From assembly GCA_040219255.1 (NCBI GenBank), contig JAVJSW010000022.1, forward strand, positions 1 through 21,751: DNA of 21,751 nucleotides, given 5' to 3'. The position numbers and the translations under genes were made by a program. Of this stretch, positions 1 to 8,943 are shown in pieces. The notes beneath the pieces were generated by a model. The model was not told the DNA's origin and ran no database searches. It saw nothing but the letters and a program-made list of their open reading frames with translations. The stretch is from Sumerlaeia bacterium. GTDB taxonomy: Bacteria; Sumerlaeota; Sumerlaeia; SLMS01; JAHLLQ01. Positions within the stretch are counted from its first letter, which is position 1; the number at the start of each line of letters is the position of its first letter.

Positions 1-141
1 CTCGACAGCAGTCAACCTCCGCAAAAGACCAACGCGAGCGAAACGGTGCTTCCTCAGGCCAAGCGGCCTCGAGGTTCGTGGAGACGCTACGCCCCGCCAC
101 GGAGGATGGCAAGGCCGTCGGGGACGTGGCTCAGCTGACGC

Positions 142-3012
142 TTACACACTTCCCCGGACGTTTACCGCACTGGCGGCATGGGTCCGGAAAAATATGTCCT
201 TGGTGGGAGTCCCTAAAGCTTCACCCCCTGGGTAAGGATCGTCATTTGATGCGACAACGAACAGGGTATCAGAATCGGGGATAAACTCCATTGTGTATAC
301 CTGATTTGCCGTAATCGGTGCGGGCGAAATCAGCGGGAATTCTTCCCACTGTCTGATGCCGGGGACGACGCTGAATCTCTGGGTCGCCAACAACGCCCCG
401 TTTGTGCCGGCTCCCTCGTAGATATTTAGCGTGCCGCCGGATGCCGTATTCAATTCGTGCACTTGAAACGCGACCATCGAGAGAACACCGGATACACCTG
501 CCGTAAATGATTGCGCCAGGCTAAACTGAGGATTGCCAGCTTCTTGGGTAGTAGTAGGAGCGCTCTCAACCGCCTGATCCAGGACGGGTTCTCCCCCCAC
601 AGTCACGTTGCCTTCCTCATCCACGAACACGACGTCCACAGGATCTCCATCGGAGGCGTCGAGCGAGTGGCCATCAAGGCCATTGGTCAACGACGAAAGG
701 TCTTGCGACAGGGTGCTGCCGGCGTCCGTCAGCTCCAGGGTCGTCCCATTGAGGACCAACGAAGAGTTGAGTTCGTTGGCGGGGTCGGCGTCGATGCCCG
801 TGAGCGCGGAGCCGTCGCCCGCGAAAGCGGTGGCCGTCACCGTGCCGGTCACGTCCAACGCCGTGGAGGGTGAGTCCGTGTTGATGCCAACGCGCGTGGC
901 GGATGTCAAAACGTAGGTGCGGAATAGCAAGTCCAGGGAGCTGCCCACTGGAAAGTTAACAATCTGACCTCCAGGGTAAGCATCGCCGGTATTCCTGCTG
1001 AGTCGGAACTCGTCACCGCTGGAGTTGAACTGGAAGGTGTAGACTTGACCGGCGGTTACGGGTGGCGGCGAGTTTAAGACAAACTCTTCGAATTGCTCCA
1101 CACCGGTGACGATCGTGAAGCTTTGGCTCGCCAAAAGAGTTCCTTCGGTTCCATAGCCCTCGTAAATATTGAGGGTGCCAGAGGTAGCCGTGCTATCAGC
1201 CCTTTGCTGGATGTCCACCTGCGTCAGCAAGCCGGTGGCTCCAGCGGTGAACGATTGCCCGAGGCTGGTTCCGGACGAAGTACCAGCGCCAGATTCCAGG
1301 GCTTGATCCAGAATTGGCTGCCCCCCGCCCATCGTCACAACGCCGTCCGTGTTCACAAACACCACATCCGTTGGCGATCCGTCGCTGGCGTCCAGCGAGG
1401 AGATGCTGATGCCAGTCAGCGCGGAGCCGTCGCCGCTGAAGCTGGATGCAGAGACCGTACCGAGGTTGGTCAGGCTTGCGCCCCCGGCATCATTGCCCTG
1501 GGCCAGGACGCTTGAGATGCTCTGTAGTTCGTTGGTCGGGTCAGCGTCCGCATCATCCACGTTGATGCCCGTCAGACGGGAGCCGTCCCCGATAAAGGCG
1601 TTGGCCATGATGGTTCCATCAGCCAGCAGGCTTAGGCCCTCGCTGACCTCGAAAACCGCCATCGACGGTGAACCGTTGGCTACGTAGGCGAAGCGGCCGG
1701 AGTAAGCCACCGAGGTCGGTCCGGTAAGACCCGCCGAGGTGGTATCAAGCGGACTGATGTTCGACGGATCGGTGACATCGAAAGTAAAAAGTTCATTCGA
1801 GAAGCGATCCACCACGGCAGCGAAGCGTCCCTGGACACTCACCGAGAGCGGATCCGTCAGGCCAGGATCGATAGAATCGAGCGGGGTGATCGAAGAGGGG
1901 TTAGACACATCGAACGTGGCCAGTCCACCCTGGCCCACCACATAGGCAATCCCGTCCAATACCGCCACGGATTCCGTTGTCGAGAGGCCCGTATCCACTT
2001 TGCCGTTTAGTTGCATCGCCGTGGATAGATCAAAACTCGCCAGTTCGCCATTTTCGATGATGAACCCCGTCCCATCTGCTACCGTGATGTCGCTTGCGGC
2101 GCCTACCTGGTCGGAATTGGAGCCGATCTGGACGATGTTGTCGGGATCGGACACATCGAAGCTTACCAGTCCAACTCCGAAGCTAAATATTTGAGGAGAC
2201 AGAACATAAGCCGTGGTTCCCGAAACGGCTACTCTCAATGGCAGTTCCACGCTGATCGTGCCCCGGGGGACGATGTTGTCGGGGTCGGTAACGTCGAAGA
2301 TCGCCAGGACCTCTGCACCATTGTCTACAACATAGGCGAAGTTGCCCTCGACGGCGATATCGGAGGGTGACGTGAGGCCCGTCCCATCGGCGTCGCGCGG
2401 AACAATATTGTCGGGGTCGGACACATCAAAGATGGCCAGGACGCCACTGCTGTCGGCAACGTAAGCGAAGTCGCCGGACACAGCGACCGACTGGGGTGAG
2501 GAAAGGCCTGTTGAATCGGCGTCACGGAGGATGAGTGAACCGAAGTCAGGGGTACCGTCGATCTCCATGCGCGCCGCTGCGAGGGTTGTCCCCACACCGA
2601 CATTACCGGCGCCATCAACGAAGACGGCATCCACGGGAGTTCCGTCATTGGCATCGAGCGAGTGGCCATCGCCAGCACCGCCTCCTCCAGCCAGGGAGGA
2701 CAGGTCAGCGGTCAGGGTGCCAGCGGCGTCGGTCAGCTCCAGGGTCGTCCCATTGAGCGTCAGGCCCGTGTTCAGCTCGTTGGTCGGGTTGGGATCTGCG
2801 TCGTCCACATTGTCCGTGAGACCCGTCAGCGCGGAGCCATCACCCACGAAGTTGTTGGCGAAGACGGTTCCGCCCGCTTCGATATCATCCGCCACCCACA
2901 GGTCAGAATCGCCGGCTCGACCGAAGTCCACGTTTGCGTCAGGATCAATCGTCGACAACTGCGTTTCCGCCCTCGGCACCCACCGCGAGGCTGTCGTGAA
3001 ACTGGCTGGCAT
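142..3012 (-). CDS. C-terminal part of a large modular secreted/surface protein: LVIVD-repeat beta-propeller, DADPTNEL and GDGSxLTG linker repeats, two 'LDQ...QSFTAG' beta-sandwich-like modules. Probably continuous with 2945-3832 across a frameshift
   Basis: 956-aa ORF. About 7 LVIVD-type repeats (xVxVxGxxAYV...LxIFDVSDPxN) at ~1640-2535. Repeated FxGDGSxLTG, DADPxNEL and SLDAxDGxPxDxVFV motifs. Its own N-terminus (MPASFTTASRW...) has no signal peptide and looks out of frame. Confidence 0.8.
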   Translation of the reverse strand: MPASFTTASRWVPRAETQLSTIDPDANVDFGRAGDSDLWVADDIEAGGTVFANNFVGDGSALTGLTDNVDDADPNPTNELNTGLTLNGTTLELTDAAGTLTADLSSLAGGGGAGDGHSLDANDGTPVDAVFVDGAGNVGVGTTLAAARMEIDGTPDFGSLILRDADSTGLSSPQSVAVSGDFAYVADSSGVLAIFDVSDPDNIVPRDADGTGLTSPSDIAVEGNFAYVVDNGAEVLAIFDVTDPDNIVPRGTISVELPLRVAVSGTTAYVLSPQIFSFGVGLVSFDVSDPDNIVQIGSNSDQVGAASDITVADGTGFIIENGELASFDLSTAMQLNGKVDTGLSTTESVAVLDGIAYVVGQGGLATFDVSNPSSITPLDSIDPGLTDPLSVSVQGRFAAVVDRFSNELFTFDVTDPSNISPLDTTSAGLTGPTSVAYSGRFAYVANGSPSMAVFEVSEGLSLLADGTIMANAFIGDGSRLTGINVDDADADPTNELQSISSVLAQGNDAGGASLTNLGTVSASSFSGDGSALTGISISSLDASDGSPTDVVFVNTDGVVTMGGGQPILDQALESGAGTSSGTSLGQSFTAGATGLLTQVDIQQRADSTATSGTLNIYEGYGTEGTLLASQSFTIVTGVEQFEEFVLNSPPPVTAGQVYTFQFNSSGDEFRLSRNTGDAYPGGQIVNFPVGSSLDLLFRTYVLTSATRVGINTDSPSTALDVTGTVTATAFAGDGSALTGIDADPANELNSSLVLNGTTLELTDAGSTLSQDLSSLTNGLDGHSLDASDGDPVDVVFVDEEGNVTVGGEPVLDQAVESAPTTTQEAGNPQFSLAQSFTAGVSGVLSMVAFQVHELNTASGGTLNIYEGAGTNGALLATQRFSVVPGIRQWEEFPLISPAPITANQVYTMEFIPDSDTLFVVASNDDPYPGGEALGTPTKDIFFRTHAASAVNVRGSV
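728..753. repeat. Exact 26-bp direct repeat (second copy 2732-2757) within duplicated linker modules
   Basis: gtcagctccagggtcgtcccattgag occurs at 728-753 and 2732-2757; it encodes LNGTTLELT on the minus strand. Confidence 0.9.
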
Positions 3013-3832
3013 AGCCAGCTTCGGCGGGGCCGATTGCAGAGAAACGGGTCGCCCCTCCCGAGCTTCGAACGCTTAGAAGCCGGTAGCCGCCCTCGGTGGT
3101 GGGGTTGTCCTGGGTTTGGATGGTAAGTCCCTGGGAAGCGCTGCTTGAGCTACTGGTAAAGATCTGCTGGTTGCCAATCACAATATTGCCATAGCTGTTG
3201 CCGGGCTCGGCGGAAGTATTGAGTCCGCCGTCCACACCCACCCGCAGGCCACTGTTGCCTCGGGAACTATTGAAGGCCCCTGTTGTTGTCGGCCCGTTGA
3301 TATCCACTCGCCTCAGGTTTCCCACGTTGGCGTTGCCCGCATCGTTGCCCGTTCCCAGCACACTCGAGAGGTCCTGCAGCTCGTTCGTCGGATCCGCATC
3401 CGCGTCGTCCACGGCGTCATTGATCACCGACTGGGCGATGCCCGCATTCTCCGCGTAGATGGCGTAGGGAGCGGGGAGAATGTGTACTCGGGGTGTCAGC
3501 GTGTCGAACCCTGCGGGTCCGGCCGTGCCATCGGGATCCACTTCTAATTCCAGCCAGCGCGCCGTCCCATCGAAGGCATCGCCGAAGTCCAGCTTCGCGT
3601 AGATCAGGCCATTGGTCACGGCCACATCCAATTGTTCCACCGTCGCCGGGGCGCCCACCGTGCTTCCGCCGCTTTCTGCATCATAGATCGTGAAGCGAAG
3701 TGAAACCGTGCCGCTCAGCGGAGCACCGCCATTCTCTATGCTTCCCTGGTAGTGAAACGCGCTCTGGGCGAAGCTGTCGCCGCCAAAGGCAAGGCAGGAC
3801 AATAGTGAGGGCAGAATCAGTCTGTTTTTCAT
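2945..3832 (-). CDS. N-terminal part of the same secreted protein: signal peptide plus 'FxYQG...LRFTIYDAxSGG...RWLEL...APYA' domain
   Basis: Start placed at ATG 3832 (MKNRLILPSLLSCLAFGGDSFA-QS, Sec signal). I recognise this N-terminal domain from secreted 'tail-fibre-like' proteins of PVC-group and related bacteria. It shares the DDADADPTNELQxxSSVLxxGNDAG motif with the downstream ORF. Confidence 0.8.
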   Translation of the reverse strand: MKNRLILPSLLSCLAFGGDSFAQSAFHYQGSIENGGAPLSGTVSLRFTIYDAESGGSTVGAPATVEQLDVAVTNGLIYAKLDFGDAFDGTARWLELEVDPDGTAGPAGFDTLTPRVHILPAPYAIYAENAGIAQSVINDAVDDADADPTNELQDLSSVLGTGNDAGNANVGNLRRVDINGPTTTGAFNSSRGNSGLRVGVDGGLNTSAEPGNSYGNIVIGNQQIFTSSSSSASQGLTIQTQDNPTTEGGYRLLSVRSSGGATRFSAIGPAEAGYASQFHDSLAVGAEGGNAVVDD

Positions 3833-3867
3833 GGGAATCACTTTCACACGGATCAAATCTTAAGCAG

Positions 3868-3887
3868 ACTGAACCGTGCGTTCCAGT
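3868..3887. promoter_or_regulatory. Candidate TetR operator (imperfect palindrome)
   Basis: ACTGAACCGTGCGTTCCAGT has 7 of 10 symmetric pairs and lies in the divergent gap between tetR and the surface-protein gene. It overlaps a weak minus-strand TGGAAC-N17-TAAGAT sigma70-like match. Confidence 0.5.
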
Positions 3888-4010
3888 TTCGCGCAACCAT
3901 AAAAAGAGAGTCCCTCTGTTAATATACCCCTGCATCTTAGGATTGTCCCCTGGATATTAGCCCACGTAGAGATTCCTGGTCTTCTTGATGAACAAGGCAC
4001 ACGGTGACAC

Positions 4011-4694
4011 ATGAAGCGAAAAAAGGGCGAAGCCAGCCGCGAAAGAATTCTGGATACTGCGGAGCAGGTTTTCCGGAAGAAGGGTTTCTTGCATTCGAGC
4101 GTCAACGACATCATGTCTGCGCTGGGGGCATCCTCCGGCGCTATTTATTATCATTTCCCAACGAAAAAAAGCATTTTGGAGTCCATCGCCGAGCGCGGCA
4201 TCCGCAACGCTCGACAGAAAATTCACGGCTGGGTCCACGATCCTACGCTTACCCCGTATGAGAAGCTGGACCTGATTTTTGAGCAGGTTGAATCCGGCAG
4301 GCGACTGCGCGTGGCCATCGACCATCTTGGGCTGGGTCTGGTGCGCGAAGACCGCGACATGCACGAACTCTTCGTTCAAAGGAGTCTCAAATCCTTTACG
4401 GAAGAATTCGTCAAGCTCATCGAGGACGGAATCGAGCGGGGGGACTTCCAGGTCAAACACCCCAAAGCGGCAGCCGTCACGATTATCCTGCTCTTCTCAG
4501 AACTCATCCATCGGGCCGGCAGAACGGAAGAGATCGTGCCGTGGAAGCACCTGTTCGAAAACTTCAGGGACACGGTGCTGCTGATGCTCGGGGCCGAGCA
4601 AAACCGGCAAGATTCCCCCAGGAAGGCTGCCCGAGGAAGAGCGACCCGAACCGCCGAAGCGAAGAACCCGAGGAAACCACCCGACCAGACCTGA
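4011..4694 (+). CDS. TetR/AcrR family transcriptional regulator
   Basis: N-terminal HTH: RERILDTAEQVFRKKGF..SSVNDIMSALGASSGAIYYHFPTKKSIL. C-terminal domain has LIEDGIERGDF. Confidence 0.95.
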   Translation: MKRKKGEASRERILDTAEQVFRKKGFLHSSVNDIMSALGASSGAIYYHFPTKKSILESIAERGIRNARQKIHGWVHDPTLTPYEKLDLIFEQVESGRRLRVAIDHLGLGLVREDRDMHELFVQRSLKSFTEEFVKLIEDGIERGDFQVKHPKAAAVTIILLFSELIHRAGRTEEIVPWKHLFENFRDTVLLMLGAEQNRQDSPRKAARGRATRTAEAKNPRKPPDQT

Positions 4695-4833
4695 GAGAGT
4701 ATGTGTGGAAGGTGACGGAGTTGGACATCTCGTTAGAAGAGTCCGATGCTCAGTGCGGAGATAGGAAAGTGGTTCATTTCGAGGGCCCTTTTACGCCGAG
4801 GATCCAGACCGGAGCCGCTGGTTCCTCGACAAT

Positions 4834-7800
4834 GTGGTCACCTTTGCCAGCCAGGGCATTCGTTACCCGAACACGGTTCTGGCGATCGTGGAGAAGCCCG
4901 ACGGCACGCTGTACGCGGGGGGGCGGCGCATGATGCGCCTCGCCAACAGCACCCCGCCGGTGCTGCGCATGGTGCGCGACGACGAACCATTTTGGGATCT
5001 GCCTCCCGCCGTCGTGGGTCTTCCCTGGGTGTTTCAATTCAAAGCCCGCAGCGGCGTCGGTCCGCTTCGCTTCAGCAGCGATGATCTGCCACTGGAACTC
5101 CGGCTCGATGCCGAGACGGGCATCCTGTCCGGTACCTTTTCTAGTCCTGGGCCACGGTCCTTCGATGTGACGGTGACCGACTCGCAGGGGCAGACGGATA
5201 CGCTTGTCGTTCTCAGGCTGGCCGTCGCCGCAGAGCCCGTTACTCTCGCTTCCGCACCCATCGAACCGATGACGCACCGCATGACCAATCGCCGGAGCGT
5301 GGACGTGACCGGCGGCAATCCCCCCTATGCGTGGCGGGTGGTCGATGGCGCCCTTCCCGAAGGCGTCACCGTGGAAGGCCCGGGCATCCTCTCCGGCACG
5401 CCGCAGGAAACCGGCACGTTCGACTTCACGCTGGAAGCGAGCGATGTCTCCGCTCAGCCTTCCATCGCCTCGGCCCAATATACTCTGACGGTGAATGACC
5501 TCGAGGAAGACACGTGGCAAATCCAGAGCAGTCACAACCGGCTGAACTTCCTGCACTTCTTCGATGAAAATGAGGGGGTCGCCGGTGGATTGAGCGGCGT
5601 GATCATCCGCACCATCGACGGCGGCAAGACCTGGAGTTTCGAATCGACTTTGGATCCGTTCGAGTCCGATATGATCGACGCTTCTTTCTTTGACGATGTG
5701 GGACTCGTTGGAACCGTGACCGGTATCTATCGCAGCACCGACAGGGGCCGAACCTGGACCCACGTCCATGCGCCGAACCATCCACAGGCCCCGCTGACGC
5801 TCCCCAGTGTCGAGTTCGCGAGCGAGTCGCTCGCCTTCGCCTGGAACAACAAAGTCATCCGGTCCACCGACGGCGGCCTCACCTGGGAGCCAACGAACGC
5901 CCCCGAGCGCGGAGACCGATACTTCGATCTGGCCATGGGAACGGAGCAGCTCGGTTGGCTGGCCGGTCATGACGGCGAGTTCTTCAAGACCACGGATGGC
6001 GGCGTGAACTGGACGCTCCAGGAAATTCTCGACGCTGAAGGCGAAGGTCCCGGAGACGCCGATATCGCTTCCGTCGCGGCCGTTGGAAATCAGGTTTGGG
6101 TCGGCACGAGCCTCAACCTCGGCTTCGCGATCGCGCTCTATCGCAGCGAGGACGCGGGGGCGACATGGACCGAGGAGGGCGTTACGCCGGGCCTGGGTTT
6201 CCTTACCCACCTCGAATTCCTCGACGATGGCCAGAACGGCTGGGCCGTGGGTTTTGGCCGGGGTTCCATTTCGCGGACCACCGATGGCGGCGACGTATGG
6301 TCCCGGGTGAGCAGTTTCTCCAACGCGAGAAACGTCACCCACACCTCCTTTATCGACGATCAGACCGGCTGGGTGGCTATTCAGGCCAACGGCCGCGGCA
6401 TCGACGGCGCGACGGTGGACCTGCAAGGCACGATCTGGAAGACGACAGATGGCGGCGAAACGTGGGCCATTCAGTATGGTCTTCCCCTTCGCGATAACGA
6501 CATCCTCTTGGAAGATGCGGATTTCGACAATCACTACCCCGGCGGAGATTTGAACGCGATCTCTTTCCCCACGGCGACCCGGGGATACGCGGTGGTGCAG
6601 GATCCGGCGGCCCGGGGCCTCAATATTGGCGATCTCATTACGACGGAGAACGGCGGCGCGACCTGGGACTGGATCCGCAGGGTCTCCTCCAGCACGGACA
6701 TGGTCTTTGTGACCGAAGATCACGGTTGGATCTACAAAGACGAACCCCGCACCCGAGACATCTTCGAGACACGCGACGGAGGCCGAACCTGGAGCTACCG
6801 TGGCGACATCATGTCTGATATCTTGGGCGACCTGAATTTCAATTTCGAAACTGGCATGGACGACCTCTTCTTTATCGACGATCAGAACGGGTGGATTTCC
6901 TACGACGGCAGCATCGTCCGCACCCGCGACAGCGGCCTGACCTGGGAAGTCGCCAACACCGAGGGAGTCACCAGGGGTAGCGCCGGCTGGGTCCTCCATT
7001 TCGTGGACCGGATGAATGGTTGGCGAGGGGAACTCGATGGTCAGAAAGTCGAGACAACCTCAGACGGCGGGGTGAATTGGACCCCGGCGACCCGCATTTC
7101 GACGACGGGAGCCAATCGGATTCAGGACATCTACGCCCTCGATACGCAGAACGCCTGGGCCACCACGCAATGCGGCCAGATTCATCGGACCTCTGACGGA
7201 GGCGCCACATGGGAAACGAAGCAGTTTGGCGGCGACCCCGCGGCCGTGTGGACGGGCATCGACTTCACAAGCTGCCTGCGCGGCTACGCCATCGGCTATC
7301 GCCCACGGGAGGCGTTCGTGGAAGTCGGCAAACCGATCCTGGCCGAAACCACCAATGCCAGCTTCGCTGACTCCCCAGAGCAGGACTTCGGCTTGCTCAA
7401 CCATGCGCTCCTCGGATTCCACGCCGTTGACAGCGCCAATGCCTGGGCCGCCGGCTCCTACGGTGGTTCTCTGAAGTATTCCGCGGCCACCGGCAATCTC
7501 AGCATCGGGACCACCGGCCTGCCCCTGGGAACCGTCGGCATCGCATACGAGACGGCTCTCGAAGCGATCAACGCGGACGGAGCCGTGACCTGGGAAGTCT
7601 GCAGCGGTGCTCTCCCACCGGGGCTCACGCTGGGTTCCACCGGCTCCATCTCCGGCACCCCGACCGAGGCCGGAGGCTTCTGGGCGATCATCGCCGTCAC
7701 GGATTCCTCCGGCGCGAGTTTCGGCCGGCGCTTCACCTTCGCCATCAACCCGGCGGAAAGCCCAACGATTGTGACCGATACGCTACCCGAGGGCCAGATC

Positions 7801-8079
7801 TTTGCCGACTTCGGCGCCGCCCTCGAAGCCACCGGAACCAACGCGCCGTACACGTGGTATCGCACCACCGGCAATCTCCCCCCAGGGCTCACACTGCTCT
7901 CCACCGGAGCGGTCTCCGGCCGCCCCACCCTCGCCGGGACTTACCGATTTGGCGTCGAGGTGCGGGACAATCGCACCCCGTTCGGCCGCGACCGGAAGAT
8001 CCTCGAACTCAAAATCAACGGCGCTCCAGACCCTCCGCCACCCCCCGCTGCCGCCGAAACCGGCTGGGTCTTGAAGTGA
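4834..8079 (+). CDS. Extracellular protein with putative Ig (He_PIG-like) domains and BNR/Asp-box (YCF48-like) beta-propellers; probably 5'-truncated
   Basis: More than a dozen [S/T]xDGGxTW-type Asp-boxes (~5510-7480). They are flanked by two N-terminal and two C-terminal 'GxLPxGLxL...GxISGTPT' Ig-like repeats. GTG start with no signal peptide. Confidence 0.85.
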   Translation: MVTFASQGIRYPNTVLAIVEKPDGTLYAGGRRMMRLANSTPPVLRMVRDDEPFWDLPPAVVGLPWVFQFKARSGVGPLRFSSDDLPLELRLDAETGILSGTFSSPGPRSFDVTVTDSQGQTDTLVVLRLAVAAEPVTLASAPIEPMTHRMTNRRSVDVTGGNPPYAWRVVDGALPEGVTVEGPGILSGTPQETGTFDFTLEASDVSAQPSIASAQYTLTVNDLEEDTWQIQSSHNRLNFLHFFDENEGVAGGLSGVIIRTIDGGKTWSFESTLDPFESDMIDASFFDDVGLVGTVTGIYRSTDRGRTWTHVHAPNHPQAPLTLPSVEFASESLAFAWNNKVIRSTDGGLTWEPTNAPERGDRYFDLAMGTEQLGWLAGHDGEFFKTTDGGVNWTLQEILDAEGEGPGDADIASVAAVGNQVWVGTSLNLGFAIALYRSEDAGATWTEEGVTPGLGFLTHLEFLDDGQNGWAVGFGRGSISRTTDGGDVWSRVSSFSNARNVTHTSFIDDQTGWVAIQANGRGIDGATVDLQGTIWKTTDGGETWAIQYGLPLRDNDILLEDADFDNHYPGGDLNAISFPTATRGYAVVQDPAARGLNIGDLITTENGGATWDWIRRVSSSTDMVFVTEDHGWIYKDEPRTRDIFETRDGGRTWSYRGDIMSDILGDLNFNFETGMDDLFFIDDQNGWISYDGSIVRTRDSGLTWEVANTEGVTRGSAGWVLHFVDRMNGWRGELDGQKVETTSDGGVNWTPATRISTTGANRIQDIYALDTQNAWATTQCGQIHRTSDGGATWETKQFGGDPAAVWTGIDFTSCLRGYAIGYRPREAFVEVGKPILAETTNASFADSPEQDFGLLNHALLGFHAVDSANAWAAGSYGGSLKYSAATGNLSIGTTGLPLGTVGIAYETALEAINADGAVTWEVCSGALPPGLTLGSTGSISGTPTEAGGFWAIIAVTDSSGASFGRRFTFAINPAESPTIVTDTLPEGQIFADFGAALEATGTNAPYTWYRTTGNLPPGLTLLSTGAVSGRPTLAGTYRFGVEVRDNRTPFGRDRKILELKINGAPDPPPPPAAAETGWVLK

Positions 8080-8087
8080 GGCCGGCA

Positions 8088-8101
8088 AGAGAGAGAGAGA
8101 G
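8088..8101. repeat. (AG)7 dinucleotide microsatellite
   Basis: agagagagagagag in the 57-bp gap between convergent genes. Confidence 0.85.
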
Positions 8102-8136
8102 CGTATGCCAGCAGGGGCACCATACTCTCCAACGAA

Positions 8137-8943
8137 TCAGGGCTGATCGCTAGCCTGCAACAAGGCCTCGGATGACCGAACCACGGCGTCGGGGGGAGGT
8201 GTGTTCGGCTGGGCGAGCGCTTCGGATTGGAGCAACTTCGCCTTGGCCCCTTCTCCCCGAGCGTCCAGAATCCGGCTCAGCAGAAGCGCGTTTTCCAGCG
8301 ATGGCAGTTCCTCGTACGCCGCTCTGGCGTGGCTTTCGGCGTCGGAAAGGCTGCTCTTGGGCTTGCCGAAGCTCATGACTTTGGCGATTCCGGGCAAGGT
8401 CTCCAGGCGGTAGTTCAGGATCGCAAGGGTCTGATGAGCCACCGGGTTGGCGGGTTCGAGCGCGAGGGCCCGTTCGGCGGCGCGCTCGGTCTTGCGGGCG
8501 TGGCCGGCGCGCGCCATCATGGGCGCCAAATGCGTCGTTCCGCCCAAAGCATAGGCGTACCAGGCGGCGGCCTCGGGGTCTTCCGGAGCGGCGGCCACGG
8601 CCCGTTTCGCGTACTCGGCGGCGCTGAGGGCCGCCATGGCTCGCTGGTCTTTCTCGTGCGCGTGGTGCAGCAGGACGGCGTCGCTCTCGGCTCGGGCGGC
8701 CCGCCAGAGGACGGAGCCGTCGTCGGGATGTTCCGCCGCCAAAGCGAGCGCCAGCGACCGCGACGCCCTCAGGTCACCGGCGTTTCGGAGTTCATCCACA
8801 GCCGCGAGGTCTTCCTGAAGCGAGCCTCTGGCTGCCTCGGCGCGCGGTTGGGAAGCGACCGTTTGCCAGGTGGCGAGGTCATAGTTCGCCGCGCATCCGG
8901 TCAGCGTCAGCAGAGTGGTGATGACGATAAGCCGCCAGATCAT
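8137..8943 (-). CDS. TPR lipoprotein, RMDN (regulator of microtubule dynamics)-like
   Basis: Lipobox LTG-C. Helical repeats 'VLWRAARA', 'YAKRAVAAAPEDPEAAAWYA' and 'ERALALEPANPVAH'. AAGGA lies upstream of the ATG. Confidence 0.8.
   Translation of the reverse strand: MIWRLIVITTLLTLTGCAANYDLATWQTVASQPRAEAARGSLQEDLAAVDELRNAGDLRASRSLALALAAEHPDDGSVLWRAARAESDAVLLHHAHEKDQRAMAALSAAEYAKRAVAAAPEDPEAAAWYAYALGGTTHLAPMMARAGHARKTERAAERALALEPANPVAHQTLAILNYRLETLPGIAKVMSFGKPKSSLSDAESHARAAYEELPSLENALLLSRILDARGEGAKAKLLQSEALAQPNTPPPDAVVRSSEALLQASDQP

Noticed and set aside
142-3832. Prophage tail fibre, DGR target or CRISPR array
   Set aside because: Sec signal peptide present; no phage genes, reverse transcriptase or adenine-specific repeat pair; the repeats are coding and irregularly spaced.
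4774-6999. 741-aa minus-strand ORF
   Set aside because: Antisense shadow of the Ig/BNR gene in GC-rich DNA; no recognisable motifs.
8088-8101. (AG)7 as a phase-variation switch
   Set aside because: It lies between two stop codons, so length change would alter neither a frame nor a promoter.
8879-8943. Frameshift explaining the 65-bp overlap of the two lipoprotein genes (another frame stops at an ATGA at 8940-8943)
   Set aside because: Only a short C-terminal tail is affected and the downstream gene has its own RBS; cannot be resolved without homologs.
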